Positions 24,201 to 35,741 of a stretch of DNA of 64,000 bases are shown in pieces. The stretch is taken from NCBI GenBank assembly GCA_026770705.1, contig JANJGN010000188.1:496001-560000 (forward strand), read 5' to 3'. The position numbers and the translations under genes were made by a program. The stretch comes from Isurus oxyrinchus (Eukaryota). The notes under the pieces were generated by a model, which saw nothing but the letters and a program-made list of their open reading frames with translations, searched no databases and had not been told where the DNA came from. The stretch's first letter is position 1. Each line of letters begins with the position of its first letter.

Positions 24201-26021
24201 GTGTGTTCATCTGATAAACATGCTGTCAGTCTCTCTAATATCATGCAGTTTTATGAGAGATATTGGGCGTAAAATGGATACAGTGTCAGACATTATTGTT
24301 CAATATTAGGATTCTTACTGTATCTGTATCTCTGGAACATGATGTCTGTGCAGGATTTTTCACATTTGGCTGTAATCAGAAGCTGAACAAAATGTCCCAA
24401 TCTGTGGTCAAGGAATGAAACCCTTTAAAGCTGAAATTTGCCCCTTTAAGTAGCCAAATTGGGATCACTCCCTGCATGATATTCGCTGTCATGAACCATT
24501 CATGTCAATCTCTTCTGGCATGGGGTTCACTGAGACGGATGAAGAGTCAGTGAACAGAGCAGAGTGTCACACTTGTTCTGTTCCTGACTCTCCAGCTCCC
24601 GGTCTTTTATTGAGAACTCGGTCACCCAGAGAATGTGTTTTCCCCCGATTCACGTCTTTGAATACTGAGAGAGCTGACAGCTGTCGGTAACTCCAGTATC
24701 TAGATCCAGGTGAGGTCATTGTGGTTCCCTTTTAAAACAACACAATAACAAGCAAAGTTCATAGAAACTATCATGACTCAGATTCAGGAGGGGATCAGAC
24801 ACGGTGGCAATGTGCGCTCTCTACCTTCTGATTCAGGTTCCTGAACGTTACGGAAAAAGACATGATATCTGTTGCATTGTTGTTGTTGTGGTCGTATGGC
24901 CCAATAGATGAATCGTTTTACTTCCCTGTGTCTGCAAGATTATCAGAAGATTGTCGGTTGGAGTCCTGCAATTTGTCTTCTGGTGGTTTCACGCAGATAG
25001 TTTGCCATGTACAGGAGTTGCAGCACACTCTGTGTGTAGAATTCTTTTTATAATTCCCGCGGTAAAATATCTGGCTTTCATTGTTTTATGGTGGCACTGG
25101 GTCCTGGGATCCCAGTCAGCAGGAATAGGTTTGGGCTGATCTTAACTGTTCAACGTTTCAAAACAATGTATCGAATGCCTCCTGCAATCATGAGGAAAGA
25201 CCTCGGTAAAGGGAAAGTCAGTGGGTTAAATATAGGGACCGAGTTGTGTCGCGAATTGAAGAGGGCTAGGAGTGAGGTCAAGAGACAAGCAGAGTTACAG
25301 AGGAAGAAAACTGGAAGATTGGCCAGGAGGAAGAGAGAGGAATATGAGTGGCGTTTATCATCTTTCAAATTTTACTCAATGAAAGACCAAAACAGAAAAA
25401 TATCCTCTGTGCCAAGGAGCTGCTGATAGTGCAGAGACCCAAAAATAGAACTGGAATTAGGAGAATCATCGTGTTCACTGAGGGAGAGGCAATGGGATTA
25501 GAAAAAAAAAAGTTACGAGGGGGCCGGAGATGAAAAGGCAGGATCCTGAATAACTGCTGTTCGAAAGCAAAGTAAATAAAGAGAAAAAATACATTTTAAT
25601 AATTAACAAACTGGTGGCAGAGATTGGAATGTAAATTACACAGTCATTTTAGCCACTGTTTACAAGATGCAGTTTACTGTCGGATTATTTCTGATTCTGA
25701 CTCGTTATTCATTACTAAGTCGAGTGTCGCCGTTTCCTCTCGGTTTGAAAATACCTTCTTTCAGCAAGCTGTCCTGCTTTCAAGCTAAAAATTCACTGGT
25801 TTCACGGAAATTCCGATTTAGCCGAGTTACAATGAAATCGGTTTCGGACACTTACAGAACTGTCGGCTGACTGGTGGCGTGAAGGGCCGGTCCTCTCAAG
25901 GAACTCTAATATTCCGGGATCTCGGAAAACAGACGCGTTTCCTCAATCTCCCTGTCGTTGATACCAAAACTTTATCTGCACCGTCTCCTAGATATGAATT
26001 TTAAGAAATATTTCCAAGTCG

Positions 26022-26094
26022 CTCCTCGTCGGGGAATGTGAACCCCGGTCTTCCGCGTGACAGGCAGTGATACTGACCACTATACTAACGAGGA
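26022..26094 (-). pseudogene. tRNA-Asp(GTC), probably a pseudogene (best-preserved Asp copy)
   Basis: TCCTCGTTAGTATAGTGGTCAGTATCACTGCCTGTCACGCGGAAGACCGGGGTTCACATTCCCCGACGAGGAG. One extra base in the T-loop and a mismatch in the anticodon stem. Confidence 0.9.
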
Positions 26095-27044
26095 TATATT
26101 TCTTAATCAGGCTGTAGCGAGGCTTATGGCTAACTTTACTCAGTACCAGCTGAAAATGCTGAAGTGGCACAATGTGGGAATGGAGGGGTTGCGGGCTTCC
26201 TTCAGTTGTCTCATAGACGAGGATGACAGGATACCTTTTCTGATTGAACTCGCTGTTCTTCAATTGAAATCATGAATTTATGGCGCTTAATAACCCAGAA
26301 ATCCACAAACATGTTGAATAAAATAAATTGATTTGTCCTACGATCAGCACATTCATATCATGAAGGATTCCTCATTAGGAGAGATCCTAGATTTATCAAT
26401 GAGAAAATGTTGCCGCCAGTGAGATCTGAGGATACAATACTCACACCAAACTTCCAGGGAAGTTTCCAATATGGGGAATTGTCAGAGAATATGCGGCACA
26501 CGCCTGTGCATAATAACGCACACGACTGACGAAAACATGTAAATCCTGCACCTGCAGTTAAAGTCTAGGAGAGTTCGGAGACAATGAAAATTTCATCAAT
26601 TCAGGCTAAATGTTTTGTGGCAAATCCTGGCAAAATAACACTTCTTCTGACCCCAATTTGGGATTTTTTTTTTAAACGGATAAGGATTTATCTTTCCTGT
26701 TGAAACATTTCTCGACCAGGAACATAATGAGGGAAAAAATACCCAAATGTTAAAATGAAAGGTGAATATATTTATGTTCACTCTGCAGTGCCGGGGGAAT
26801 CCCCGAACCCCAGTCATTATTGTGTCCAGCCTCCTGCTGAGCCACCATCTTGCATTTGTTTATTATTAGCAGCTGTTTATTATTGATCCATCATAAAGAG
26901 CGAGTCAATGTGTGATCGTTGCGATTTCTCATTAAAATTCTCAACCTGGTGACAAGAATCATTCATTGGCATCGATCGACCTCAAAGCTTCTAGGTTGAA
27001 CTAGATAGGCCACTATATGCCTTACAGAGCGGCAGAGCAAGGTC

Positions 27045-27362
27045 TTTCTTCATTCTCTCAAATGTAACATCCCTGACAAAACCGGCATCGCCATCCCTTG
27101 ATAATGGTAAAGTGTGGACCACAATTCTGCAGGCCAGACTGGGCAAGGACTGCAGATTTCCATTCTAAAGTATATTTGTGGGCTTGATATTCGTTTTTGA
27201 AAATCTATGATAGTCTAATGTGGGTCAGCATTATTCAAATTAGGTTTATATCCCAGAATTTCTCAACCGATTTTAAATTCGATCAGTTGCCATAGTTGGA
27301 TTTGAACCCGTGTCCCCTGCGCATTAGCCTCTCTGGATTACTAATCTACTGACATGACCAGA
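27045..27362 (-). mobile_element. tRNA-derived SINE with LINE-like tail
   Basis: Minus-strand GGGTTCAAATCC B-box followed by a common interspersed body. Duplicate at 39505-39822. Confidence 0.7.
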
Positions 27363-27510
27363 GAAAGAGGCCAGTAAATTGGTATAGGTCCCGTTCCCTC
27401 TGATCCATTTCTTGTGAGTATATTCTTGGGAAAGACGAGATGACACCATATGTGAACTGTGAGTGTCACCTAAATAGACGTAATGGAAGGAGGATTCCAC
27501 AAGCACTCAC

Positions 27511-28210
27511 CCACTTTTCATCTTCTGAAATGCTGCCAATTTCCACTGTCATTGCTCTCCAAGGGACCAAAAATAACCCACATGAGCTGTAGCTTTCCAG
27601 GACTCATATCTTCAATGGAAAGAGAAAAAGCGCAGATTACTTTATCTTGCTTCCCAGAGGAATGCAAGGGCTATAAATTCATAAGTCGTGGAGAGAGAGG
27701 AGGGGCGGGGCCGTGTGAGGATGATCCATGCTCATTTCACTACATACAATTGCAGAGACTCTATTCACACAACTCTGTTTTCAGGTGCCTGAAACAATTC
27801 ATCATAATGTGCAGGGACCGGGCAATCACACACTGTAGTGTAAGCTGCTGATTTGTGGGGGCAGTGTGGAAAAGAGAATTCTTACCCAGCTTGTCACACA
27901 GAGGGCATGCTCGTACCTTGGCCCAGCTGTTCAATTAGGCCAGCGGTCTCTCGTTACCTAAACACAGGATACCATTCTCCACACTTGGGACTTCCATTTC
28001 AGTCTGTCACACTCGCTGTTTGACCATTGGCATGTATGGATCTGGGTAAAGTGGTGTTCGAGCGGGGATGCTCGACTGTGCATGTCCATTACACACCAAC
28101 GTCAGTTTAGCTGTTACCAAGTGAAGCACAGGAGAATATGGCTGTGAATGCAGCTGGTGAGGGGCTCTGTGTCTCATTGGCCTGATCTGGCTGTTTTCAT
28201 TCTGACTGGA
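27511..28210 (-). pseudogene. Partial copy 1 of the coiled-coil/BEN-like multi-exon gene (exons B-part, C, D)
   Basis: ENGIL...LNSWAKVRACPLCDKL|GTAAG (donor 27885-27881), then CTACAG|CDCPVPAHYDELFQAPENRVV. Exon D 27511-27609 ends in a GTGAGT donor. Confidence 0.6.
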
Positions 28211-28439
28211 GTCCAATTTCTAGCCTAGGATGCAACATGCAGGCTGGCTCAGCACAGGGCCAAGTGTTGCATTACTAGCGGTCTCAACATTTGGAGGAGG
28301 TTTCAAACTGCAATAGCCCTGTGCCCCATCTCCCTAAAGATCACATTCCAAAAAAAAAGCGGAGAATTCTCATAATATTGCTGCCCTTACATTCTGAAAG
28401 CTCAGATTAACGGGCCATTCATTACCCAGAAGATCCGTA

Positions 28440-30185
28440 AATAAATCAGGATAGTAGTTTTAAGCCATTTCCTCCCCCACCTCACTTCATTTTGTTTACA
28501 GAACAAGACAGCAAAGAGAGAGAGAGGGCGGAGTGAGAGACAGGCCGCAGTGAGACACAGGCGGTCAGACAAAGTATCTGTTCCAGAAAACATTGTAACG
28601 TCAAGTTTTACCGAGAAGATTCAATTGGAGAAGGAAAAGATGCGGTCTCATCTCTCACTGATATTTTACCAGAGAAAAAGTTTATATTAATCTCACACTC
28701 AGGGGCAGTGCCTGCGAGTGTTCCAACGTATCATATTTAACCCACTCTTCCTTTTTGTAATGTTTGCAGCTTAAGGGCTCAGGGTCACTGGGTATTGCTC
28801 CCTGTAACCAAGTGTCTCACTTCGATTAAATGAATCTAGGAGCCCCCTGTCAAATATTAACTATTGCACGGTCCCAGAAAAGTCATTTACTCCTTCGCTC
28901 CTCCCATATTTCTGCAGGTTTGCTTTGTTAAGATGGACTCGGGAACAGCAAATCCCTGCAGGGAATGATCCCAAATTAGGGTCTTTAAAGACACAAGGCC
29001 CCACTTTTCAATGAACTCTGACCTTTCCCCTATCTGCAGTTTTTTTTTTTGCTCAGAAACTGATCAAAGTGAATTGTATCAAAAATGTTGATTTTAGTTG
29101 CTGATTTATTGCAGAAATGCACGCATGAGGTATTTGGGCCCACCCCGAACGCAGCTTGTTCGTGAGTCAGAGGCTGACAGAGACAGAATCAATCCCACAC
29201 TCACGTATAGTCCCAGAGGCTGATATTTGCAGAATCAATCCAACACTGACAGATAGTACCAGAGACTGATATTTACAGAATCAGTCTGACACTCACAAAT
29301 AGTGCCAGAGACTGATATGCACCGAATCAACCCCACAATCACAGATAATGCCAGAGATATTTATCGAATCAATCCCACAATCAAAGGAAGAACCAGAGAC
29401 TGATATTTACAGAATCAATCTCACACTCACAAATAGTGCCAGAGGCTGATATTCACCGAATCAAATCCACACTTACAGAGAGTACCAGAGACTGTTATTT
29501 ATAGAATCATTCCCACAATCGCAGATAGTACCAGAGACAATATTTACAGAATTAATCTCACACTCACAAATAGTGCCAGAGCCTGATACTCACCGAATCA
29601 ACACCACAAATACAGATAGTGCCAAGGACTGATATTTACCGAATCAATTCCACAATCACAGATAGTAACCGAGACTGTTATTTATAGAATCAATTCCACA
29701 ATCACAGTTCATACGAAGGACTGTTATTTTTAGAATCAATCCATATTTACATGAATGGGAAAACATTGCAGGGTTGCGGCGAGTGGCAATGGAAGAATTG
29801 TCTCTTCAGAGGGCTAGCACAGATTGGACAGCCAGAAGACTCTCTTTCTCTGTTGTAACCATCCCATTATTTTGATGGAAAATACTGGAAGAGCTGAATA
29901 GCTCTGGCAATTTGGAAGTTTCGAAAGCGGGTCTGTTCGTTAAACCATCTATCAACCGGATATGTAAATCCCCACTTCCTGTCTCCACAGTTGCTGCTGG
30001 ACCTGCTGAGTGTTTCCAGCACCTTTTGTTAATATTTCGGATTCCCAGGGTGAGCAATATCTCACTTTTTGAACAATAAAACACGTCTTGCGCATGAATC
30101 CATATTCAAATAAGAAATTGTTGGCAGCAGAAAGAAAATATTCAGATCATCGGTGAAATTTACTAAATCCGAATAATTCTATCTA
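28440..30185 (+). repeat. Segmental duplication block, copies at ~55380-56700 and partly ~44310-44820
   Basis: Colinear matches, including the 46-bp minisatellite locus. Confidence 0.85.
29169..29743. repeat. 46-bp minisatellite, ~12.5 copies
   Basis: Consensus AGAGACTGATATTTACAGAATCAATCCCACACTCACAGATAGTACC, read unit by unit. Confidence 0.95.
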
Positions 30186-30845
30186 GTTTTCTGCGGGGTG
30201 GTGGCACTGATGAGTTGGAGTGTTGGATGTGGTTCTCAGTTCAAATATGTCGATTAATCTCTGATTTGGATAAAGTCTTACCCAGAGTAGCATTCACAGC
30301 GCAAGTACCAAGGCCAGTCCCCTGCATCTGACCCCCAAGTCTCTGACACTGAGCTCAAGGTAGGAGACATTGACAGCGAGTCCAGTATAACGTAAATCAG
30401 CCAATCAGAAATTGGAACTTCCGGGGAAATTTCAGCGCGCTCGCACATGCCAGGGCGTCCGCAGTCTTTGGTATGTACAACAGCAACTGAAATTCACTGC
30501 TGAGTACGTTGGAAGTCTTGGCGATTTAGCTGTTATTGAACTAGCGCTTCTCATTGCAGTACTTGCCATGAAAGGAACATAAGGCCAACGCACCGCTGTT
30601 GGAACATGTTAATGACTGTTTCCTATGAACCCAGAGTGGCAAATGTTCCGCCATAGCAAGAAACAATTATAAACCCTGTGGAAAGCCAGCAGGCATAAAA
30701 CGCATGATGCAAAGCGGGACAATGTTTTTTGATACATTTAAAAATAAACACGTTGTCTTTGCAGCAGAAAGGCCAACATTCCAAACTGGAACATTGTCTA
30801 CAATTGAACTATAGTCTGAACTGGAATAGTTGCTTTCATTTTGCA

Positions 30846-31478
30846 TTATTTTATCATGATGAGGATTATAGTCCAAGGAATTTTCAGTATCTTCTTCAGC
30901 TCTTCCCTGAATTTTGTTTGCGCAGCTGCATAAATAATCGTATTTCTGCAGGAACTCAAATACATGAGCATTTGTCCAGTTTGAGTGGCGATGTATGTAG
31001 GAGCTGGATAATCAGGTCGTACATGAATGGCCATACCACTGACTAACGACCAAACGACTGCTGCCAGCCACAATAATATCAAAGTGCCCGATATAGTGAA
31101 CAGTAAAATAATCGATTCCTGGATCACTCTTTTTCCGCTGCTGTGACCCCGCAGCTCCTTACCGGCTCGACTGGCAAGTAAAATCCGTCTGATTGTCAAC
31201 TAACTAAACCATAATATCAAAGTGAAAGGAATCCATGTCACTAAAATAATTTGTTGCCATATTAATATTACACCAAAAGGAAATGTATAAAAATCCAGAC
31301 TGGACCGGAAAACCCATTGAATATTGTCAATTGTTCGCTCAGGTTCAAATGTAAACCAATTTGGTATGTTCTGTAAAAGTGAGAGGACACAGACTGATGT
31401 TCGAACTGTAGCTGCAGTTCTCACTGTGCAATACCTTGTCTTAAACTTGTGGCTACATATACACACAACTCTGTCATT
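30846..31478 (-). pseudogene. GPR139/GPR142-like GPCR pseudogene (end of TM3 to C-terminus)
   Basis: DRVVCICSHKFKTRYCT, WIPFTLILWFS*LTIRRILLASR, SIILLFTISGTLILLW, LSSCRNTIIYAAAQTKFREEL. In-frame TAG at 31200-31202, shortened ICL3, TM1-3 missing. Confidence 0.9.
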
Positions 31479-32292
31479 CATCAGAGGGCAAACGCAAGGC
31501 AAAATAAGAGTGAGCTCCCCCCGCAATGTTGCCCTGTCGCCTGTGCAGTGGCGCTGCTGTATGACTGTTACTCAGATAAATACATCAATCACAACGGCAG
31601 TTAGCCTGTTATTTGCCGCTTTCCCAACTTGCTCTAAACGCCGAATGTAATTGATTGAGGGCCGGGCGGAAATATATTTCAGTTCCCTGCCCTTGCAACT
31701 CCCCCGAATTATTGTACCAAATTTAAATTTTAACAGGCACTGGGTAATTCCTCGTTGAAGCCCGCATCGTGAGTTTGCACGACCTTCCTTCTAATACGCC
31801 AAGAAAAGCCATACGCTTCAATGCAACACCCTTGAGATACAGCACCATTTAGACATTGCTTTTACTTCAATGTTTGCAGTGCTTATACTCAGAATTTATC
31901 ATCCTTCTGAAGGCAAATGTGAATGAGTAACTTGCACTGATCATGCGCAACATCCCCACATCCGAAATAAATGGAAGAGAAGAGATTGCCTGAGATGTCA
32001 GTCTTCTGATGACGAGCACTTGTGCAGCTTGAGGTTTGCTTTCGACAGGATATTTTCAACGTTGAGAAGAAGGAGAACGTATCTGTTGCTGAACAGCATT
32101 GTGAAGATCGTTTCATTCAGCAGCTCTGGGACAAACATATCCTTAGGTCTCTCTGGTAACCTGAAGCTTTGACTCTGCAAATACGAGAATTCCAGCCTCT
32201 GCGATCAGTCAACAAGGAAGAATGCTGAATTCTCCACTCACTGCCAGTTGAATTTGAAAACCATATGATCATACCAATCGGTTGGCAGCTGT

Positions 32293-32366
32293 GGGCTGTT
32301 AGCTCAGATGGTTAGAGCGTCATGCTAATAGCACCAAGGTCGCGGGTTCGATCCCCGTACTGACCA
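32293..32366 (+). pseudogene. tRNA-Ile(AAT), probably a pseudogene
   Basis: GGGCTGTTAGCTCAGATGGTTAGAGCGTCATGCTAATAGCACCAAGGTCGCGGGTTCGATCCCCGTACTGACCA. A and B boxes look intact, but the anticodon stem has two mismatches. Confidence 0.9.
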
Positions 32367-33339
32367 ATGCAGCACTACCTGTTCTTGAACAACAGTCACC
32401 CTCGCTGCGTCCGATTATAATTCAAAAGTTATCACATCGGACGAATACTACGATGTCGTTAATTTATAGTGTTGCCGGTTGTTTTTGGTTTTCTTTCCCA
32501 CTTCTTGAGTCTGGAAAATTCCTCCATCTTTTTCTGACAAATTCGTTATTCTTTTAGTATTTCTGTGCCACAGGTCTGTTGCTAACATGACAACAAAACT
32601 TTGCTACTGTACAGCAGCCCATAGTGTCTGCTCTAGCTCTCCATAAGAGACATCCGCTGCCTTCTCCCCCTAGCCCTTTACATTGTTCTTTTTGAGATAA
32701 TAGGCTACCTCATTTTTTAATGTTTCAATTGAACCTGCCGCCACCAATCTCAGGGAGTGCATCCCAGGCCGTAACCACTTTCAACGAGAAAAAAGTATTT
32801 TCCCTCATGTCATTTTAGATTCTTTTACCAATTAGTTTCAACCTGTGCCCTTTCTATTTAGATCCTTTCGCAGATGGGAACACGTCCTCCTTATGCACAC
32901 GGCCCAAACCCCTCATGATTTTCAATACCTCTATCATATCAGCTGCCAACCATCTCTTCTCCAATGAAAACAGCGCTAAAGTATCCAATCTATCTTCATA
33001 ACTGAAGTTGCTCATCCCAGAAACCATTCTTGTGATTCTTCTCCGCATTCTTTCCAACATCCTTAACATCTTCACATCCTTCCTCAAGTGCAGCGCCCGG
33101 AAAAAGACGGGATACACCAACTGAGGCTGAAATAGTGCCTCATACAAATCTCATTTGCCCTATTTCCATTACAACGCTCTTTGAGCCATGACAAATGTTG
33201 TCTGCTGCCCTCACAGGCAATCGCTTTCGACGCAACCCCACAACCAATGGAACAGGTCTAAGCTCTGAAGTTTTTCCACATCGAGTCATGAATGGTGATG
33301 GGTAATTAAACAACTAACTGGAAGGGGAAGCTGCGCGAA

Positions 33340-34420
33340 TAAATGAAGGCCTGTTCACACAGCATCCTAAATGCTTGCTTAACCAAGCCTTGCTTGGTTT
33401 GAGAGCAGCAACAGTCGGTGTTGCACTTGGAACCGTTAAGCTTCGTCGACCGGTGACGAACATTTCACGCTTATGTCCATCCTTAAGTAGCTCTTTTATG
33501 CTATTTATTGTGGGCATGTCTAGCAGGTCTTTCTGGGATGTTTTTATGTGATTAACAACTGAACAATTTTGCCGGCTATTTCTGCACTTGAAAAGTCATT
33601 GGATGGACGCCTTTCTCTGCATCGGCTGATGAAGTTGTCCATGGATTCTCAAAGTTGGTCAAAATTGTCCATATATTTGCGGATCCTTTAGTTCTTTTGC
33701 TGTTAATCCTGACATGTTCAGCCTGCATAGACCTTCATTCACAATTGCTAGGCGAATTTTAATGGCTTGCTTGTCTGGCTCAGTGGCACGTGAATCAAGA
33801 AACCGTAGCTCTGTTTAAACTTATTGAATTGGGGTTCTAGGTCATCTGCATCCTAATTCAATCTGGGGAATTTTGTGGACATTTTGACAAAGTCCCTTTG
33901 ACCTTCCTTCTTCTGTAGTACGTGGAGTGACTGTCACTGTGGCTGCTTTTGCTGTCTTTTCCAAAGCTGTGCCAATATAATTGCAGCCTTCTCTGGCCTG
34001 ATTTTTATGCGGTTTGCTTTATTGTTTTCTCTTTCTTTGACTCTCCCTCGCTCTATGTCAATCCGGTCCACGCCCTGGTCAGTCCCCTTTCTTGACTGAC
34101 CTAATCTGGTGCTGGTGCTGGTTCTTTTGACACCCTCTTCCGCTCACTGAACTGACAGGCCATGCATTGGAATAAGACAATGAGGGATCTCCCTGCTTCC
34201 CTGCGCTTCATTTGAACACTATCCGACTCTGCCTTACAGCCTTGTCTGTACAGTCAGCACGCTGCTTTCTCAACGCTCTCCGATCTGCGACTCTCTTTAG
34301 GTCTGATCAAAACGTCAAGAGTCACCTCATGCCATGTAACACAACCTAACCTGTTCACCAATCGTATATGTAGTTGATCTTATTGCCAGGCTGTCTAACC
34401 ATCGCTGACCACCATTTTGT
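33340..34420 (-). mobile_element. Gypsy 5' internal fragment (duplicate of 21120-22260)
   Basis: PTINSIKELLKDGHKRE, with PBS-like TGGTGGTCAGCGATGG. Confidence 0.75.
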
Positions 34421-34503
34421 GCTATTATAATGATTGATAATCGCCATTAAGATGTTGGATAAATGCTTTGAGACATTTTGCCCCGTGTAATTGTAAGTTA
34501 TCA

Positions 34504-34575
34504 GCGATGGTGGTACGATGGTGAGCAGAGCTACTTTCCACGCAATTGATCTGGTTTCTTTTCTCAGCAATCGCT
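34504..34575 (+). pseudogene. tRNA-Gly(TCC) pseudogene
   Basis: GCGATGGTGGTACGATGGTGAGCAGAGCTACTTTCCACGCAATTGA... The T-loop is destroyed. Confidence 0.8.
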
Positions 34576-35669
34576 GTTTGTGCATTTTAGATTTCTGAGT
34601 TCAAGAGCCCCAGGCAGGATTTGATCCTGAAGAGATGTGATTTTGCTTTGAAAATGCACGCGGCTGTAATTCAAGCACTGATTTCTCATCTCCATTTATA
34701 TAAGGGAGGAAAGACGTCATGGAGTGATTTGAAGTGAGGATCAGAATTTTATTATTTTAGGCATTGCGATGTGAGGAGCTAGTTTCCTAGGTCAGCAAAC
34801 ACGGTGGTGATTTGTGCGGATTCATATATTAGTATTAGGGACATACAAATATTTGTCCAGATGTAGAAAGCTCGAAGGCATCATAGCTGTGCCTTGTTCT
34901 GCTCACAGGCAGCAGTGAAACTAAGTCAGGATTGCACAGACCATTTCCCTTCGAGTTACTTATGTTGCTTTCCCTTAAAGGCAGATTACAGAACCCATAC
35001 ACATTTTACCCTAGAATAAGCAGGATTTCAGTCTAACTTATCAGCATATGATCTATTTTACTTCAGATAAAACATAAATACGCAAGGAATTGAAGACAGC
35101 ATTGAAAGTTTCAAAGGAAACATTGAGATAGGAAAGAGATGAAATATTGACATAATTAATCTCAAAAAAAGGAAAAATGCGGGAGAAACTCAGCTGCTCT
35201 GACAGTTTCAGTTAGAGGGTCAATTATTTAAACCTTCTGTAGAACTGAAATATTGAACTACCCTTCCTCTGTCGGAGCTGATTGCAGCACCTTCTATCCT
35301 TATTTCAGATTCCCAGCGTGAGCAACCTGTTGCCTTTTGAATAATCGAACAATCTCTGTGCGGGAATCAATATTCAAATAAAGAAATTGGAAGCATCAGC
35401 GGGAAACGATTCAGAGAATTAATGAATTTTACTGAATCCCAGTAAACCTATCCCAGCTCCACACTAAATTTCAGGGAAAACCTGCATTATCAGCAATGAG
35501 GAACAAGCCTGAGTTACATTATCAATGGAAGATAAGTGGAGGTTGTAAATCATTTTATTTCAATTACACCTACGTGTTCTTTCCGTGCAAGATATCTGAC
35601 CGAAACAGATCAAGTGCAGCTCCGATTGTGGGGTTTCTGATTTGAGAAGCATAAAAAAAATCAACAAAC

Positions 35670-35741
35670 TGCGATGTGGGGAAATTGAACCAGAGTTAGT
35701 TGCTTGGAAAGAAAGGTCACTTACCACTATCCTGCCATCGC
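35670..35741 (-). pseudogene. tRNA-Gly(TCC) pseudogene
   Basis: 72 nt, paralogous to 23506-23578, TCC anticodon retained. Confidence 0.75.

Larger units (their letters stand above)
20380..25990 (+). repeat. Segmental duplication block, direct copy at ~32620-38150
   Basis: Colinear order in both copies: CR1, Gypsy gag, tRNA-Gly(+), tRNA-Gly(-), L2 and unique spacers, with long recognisable matches. Confidence 0.9.

Noticed and set aside
24490-24620. Minus-strand TATA box with an ATG CCA GAA (H2B-like) start
   Set aside because: The frame stops after 10 codons and the ATG is absent in the paralog at ~36680.
29169-29743. CRISPR-like array
   Set aside because: Units are contiguous degenerate tandem repeats with no unique spacers and no cas genes, in a eukaryotic context.
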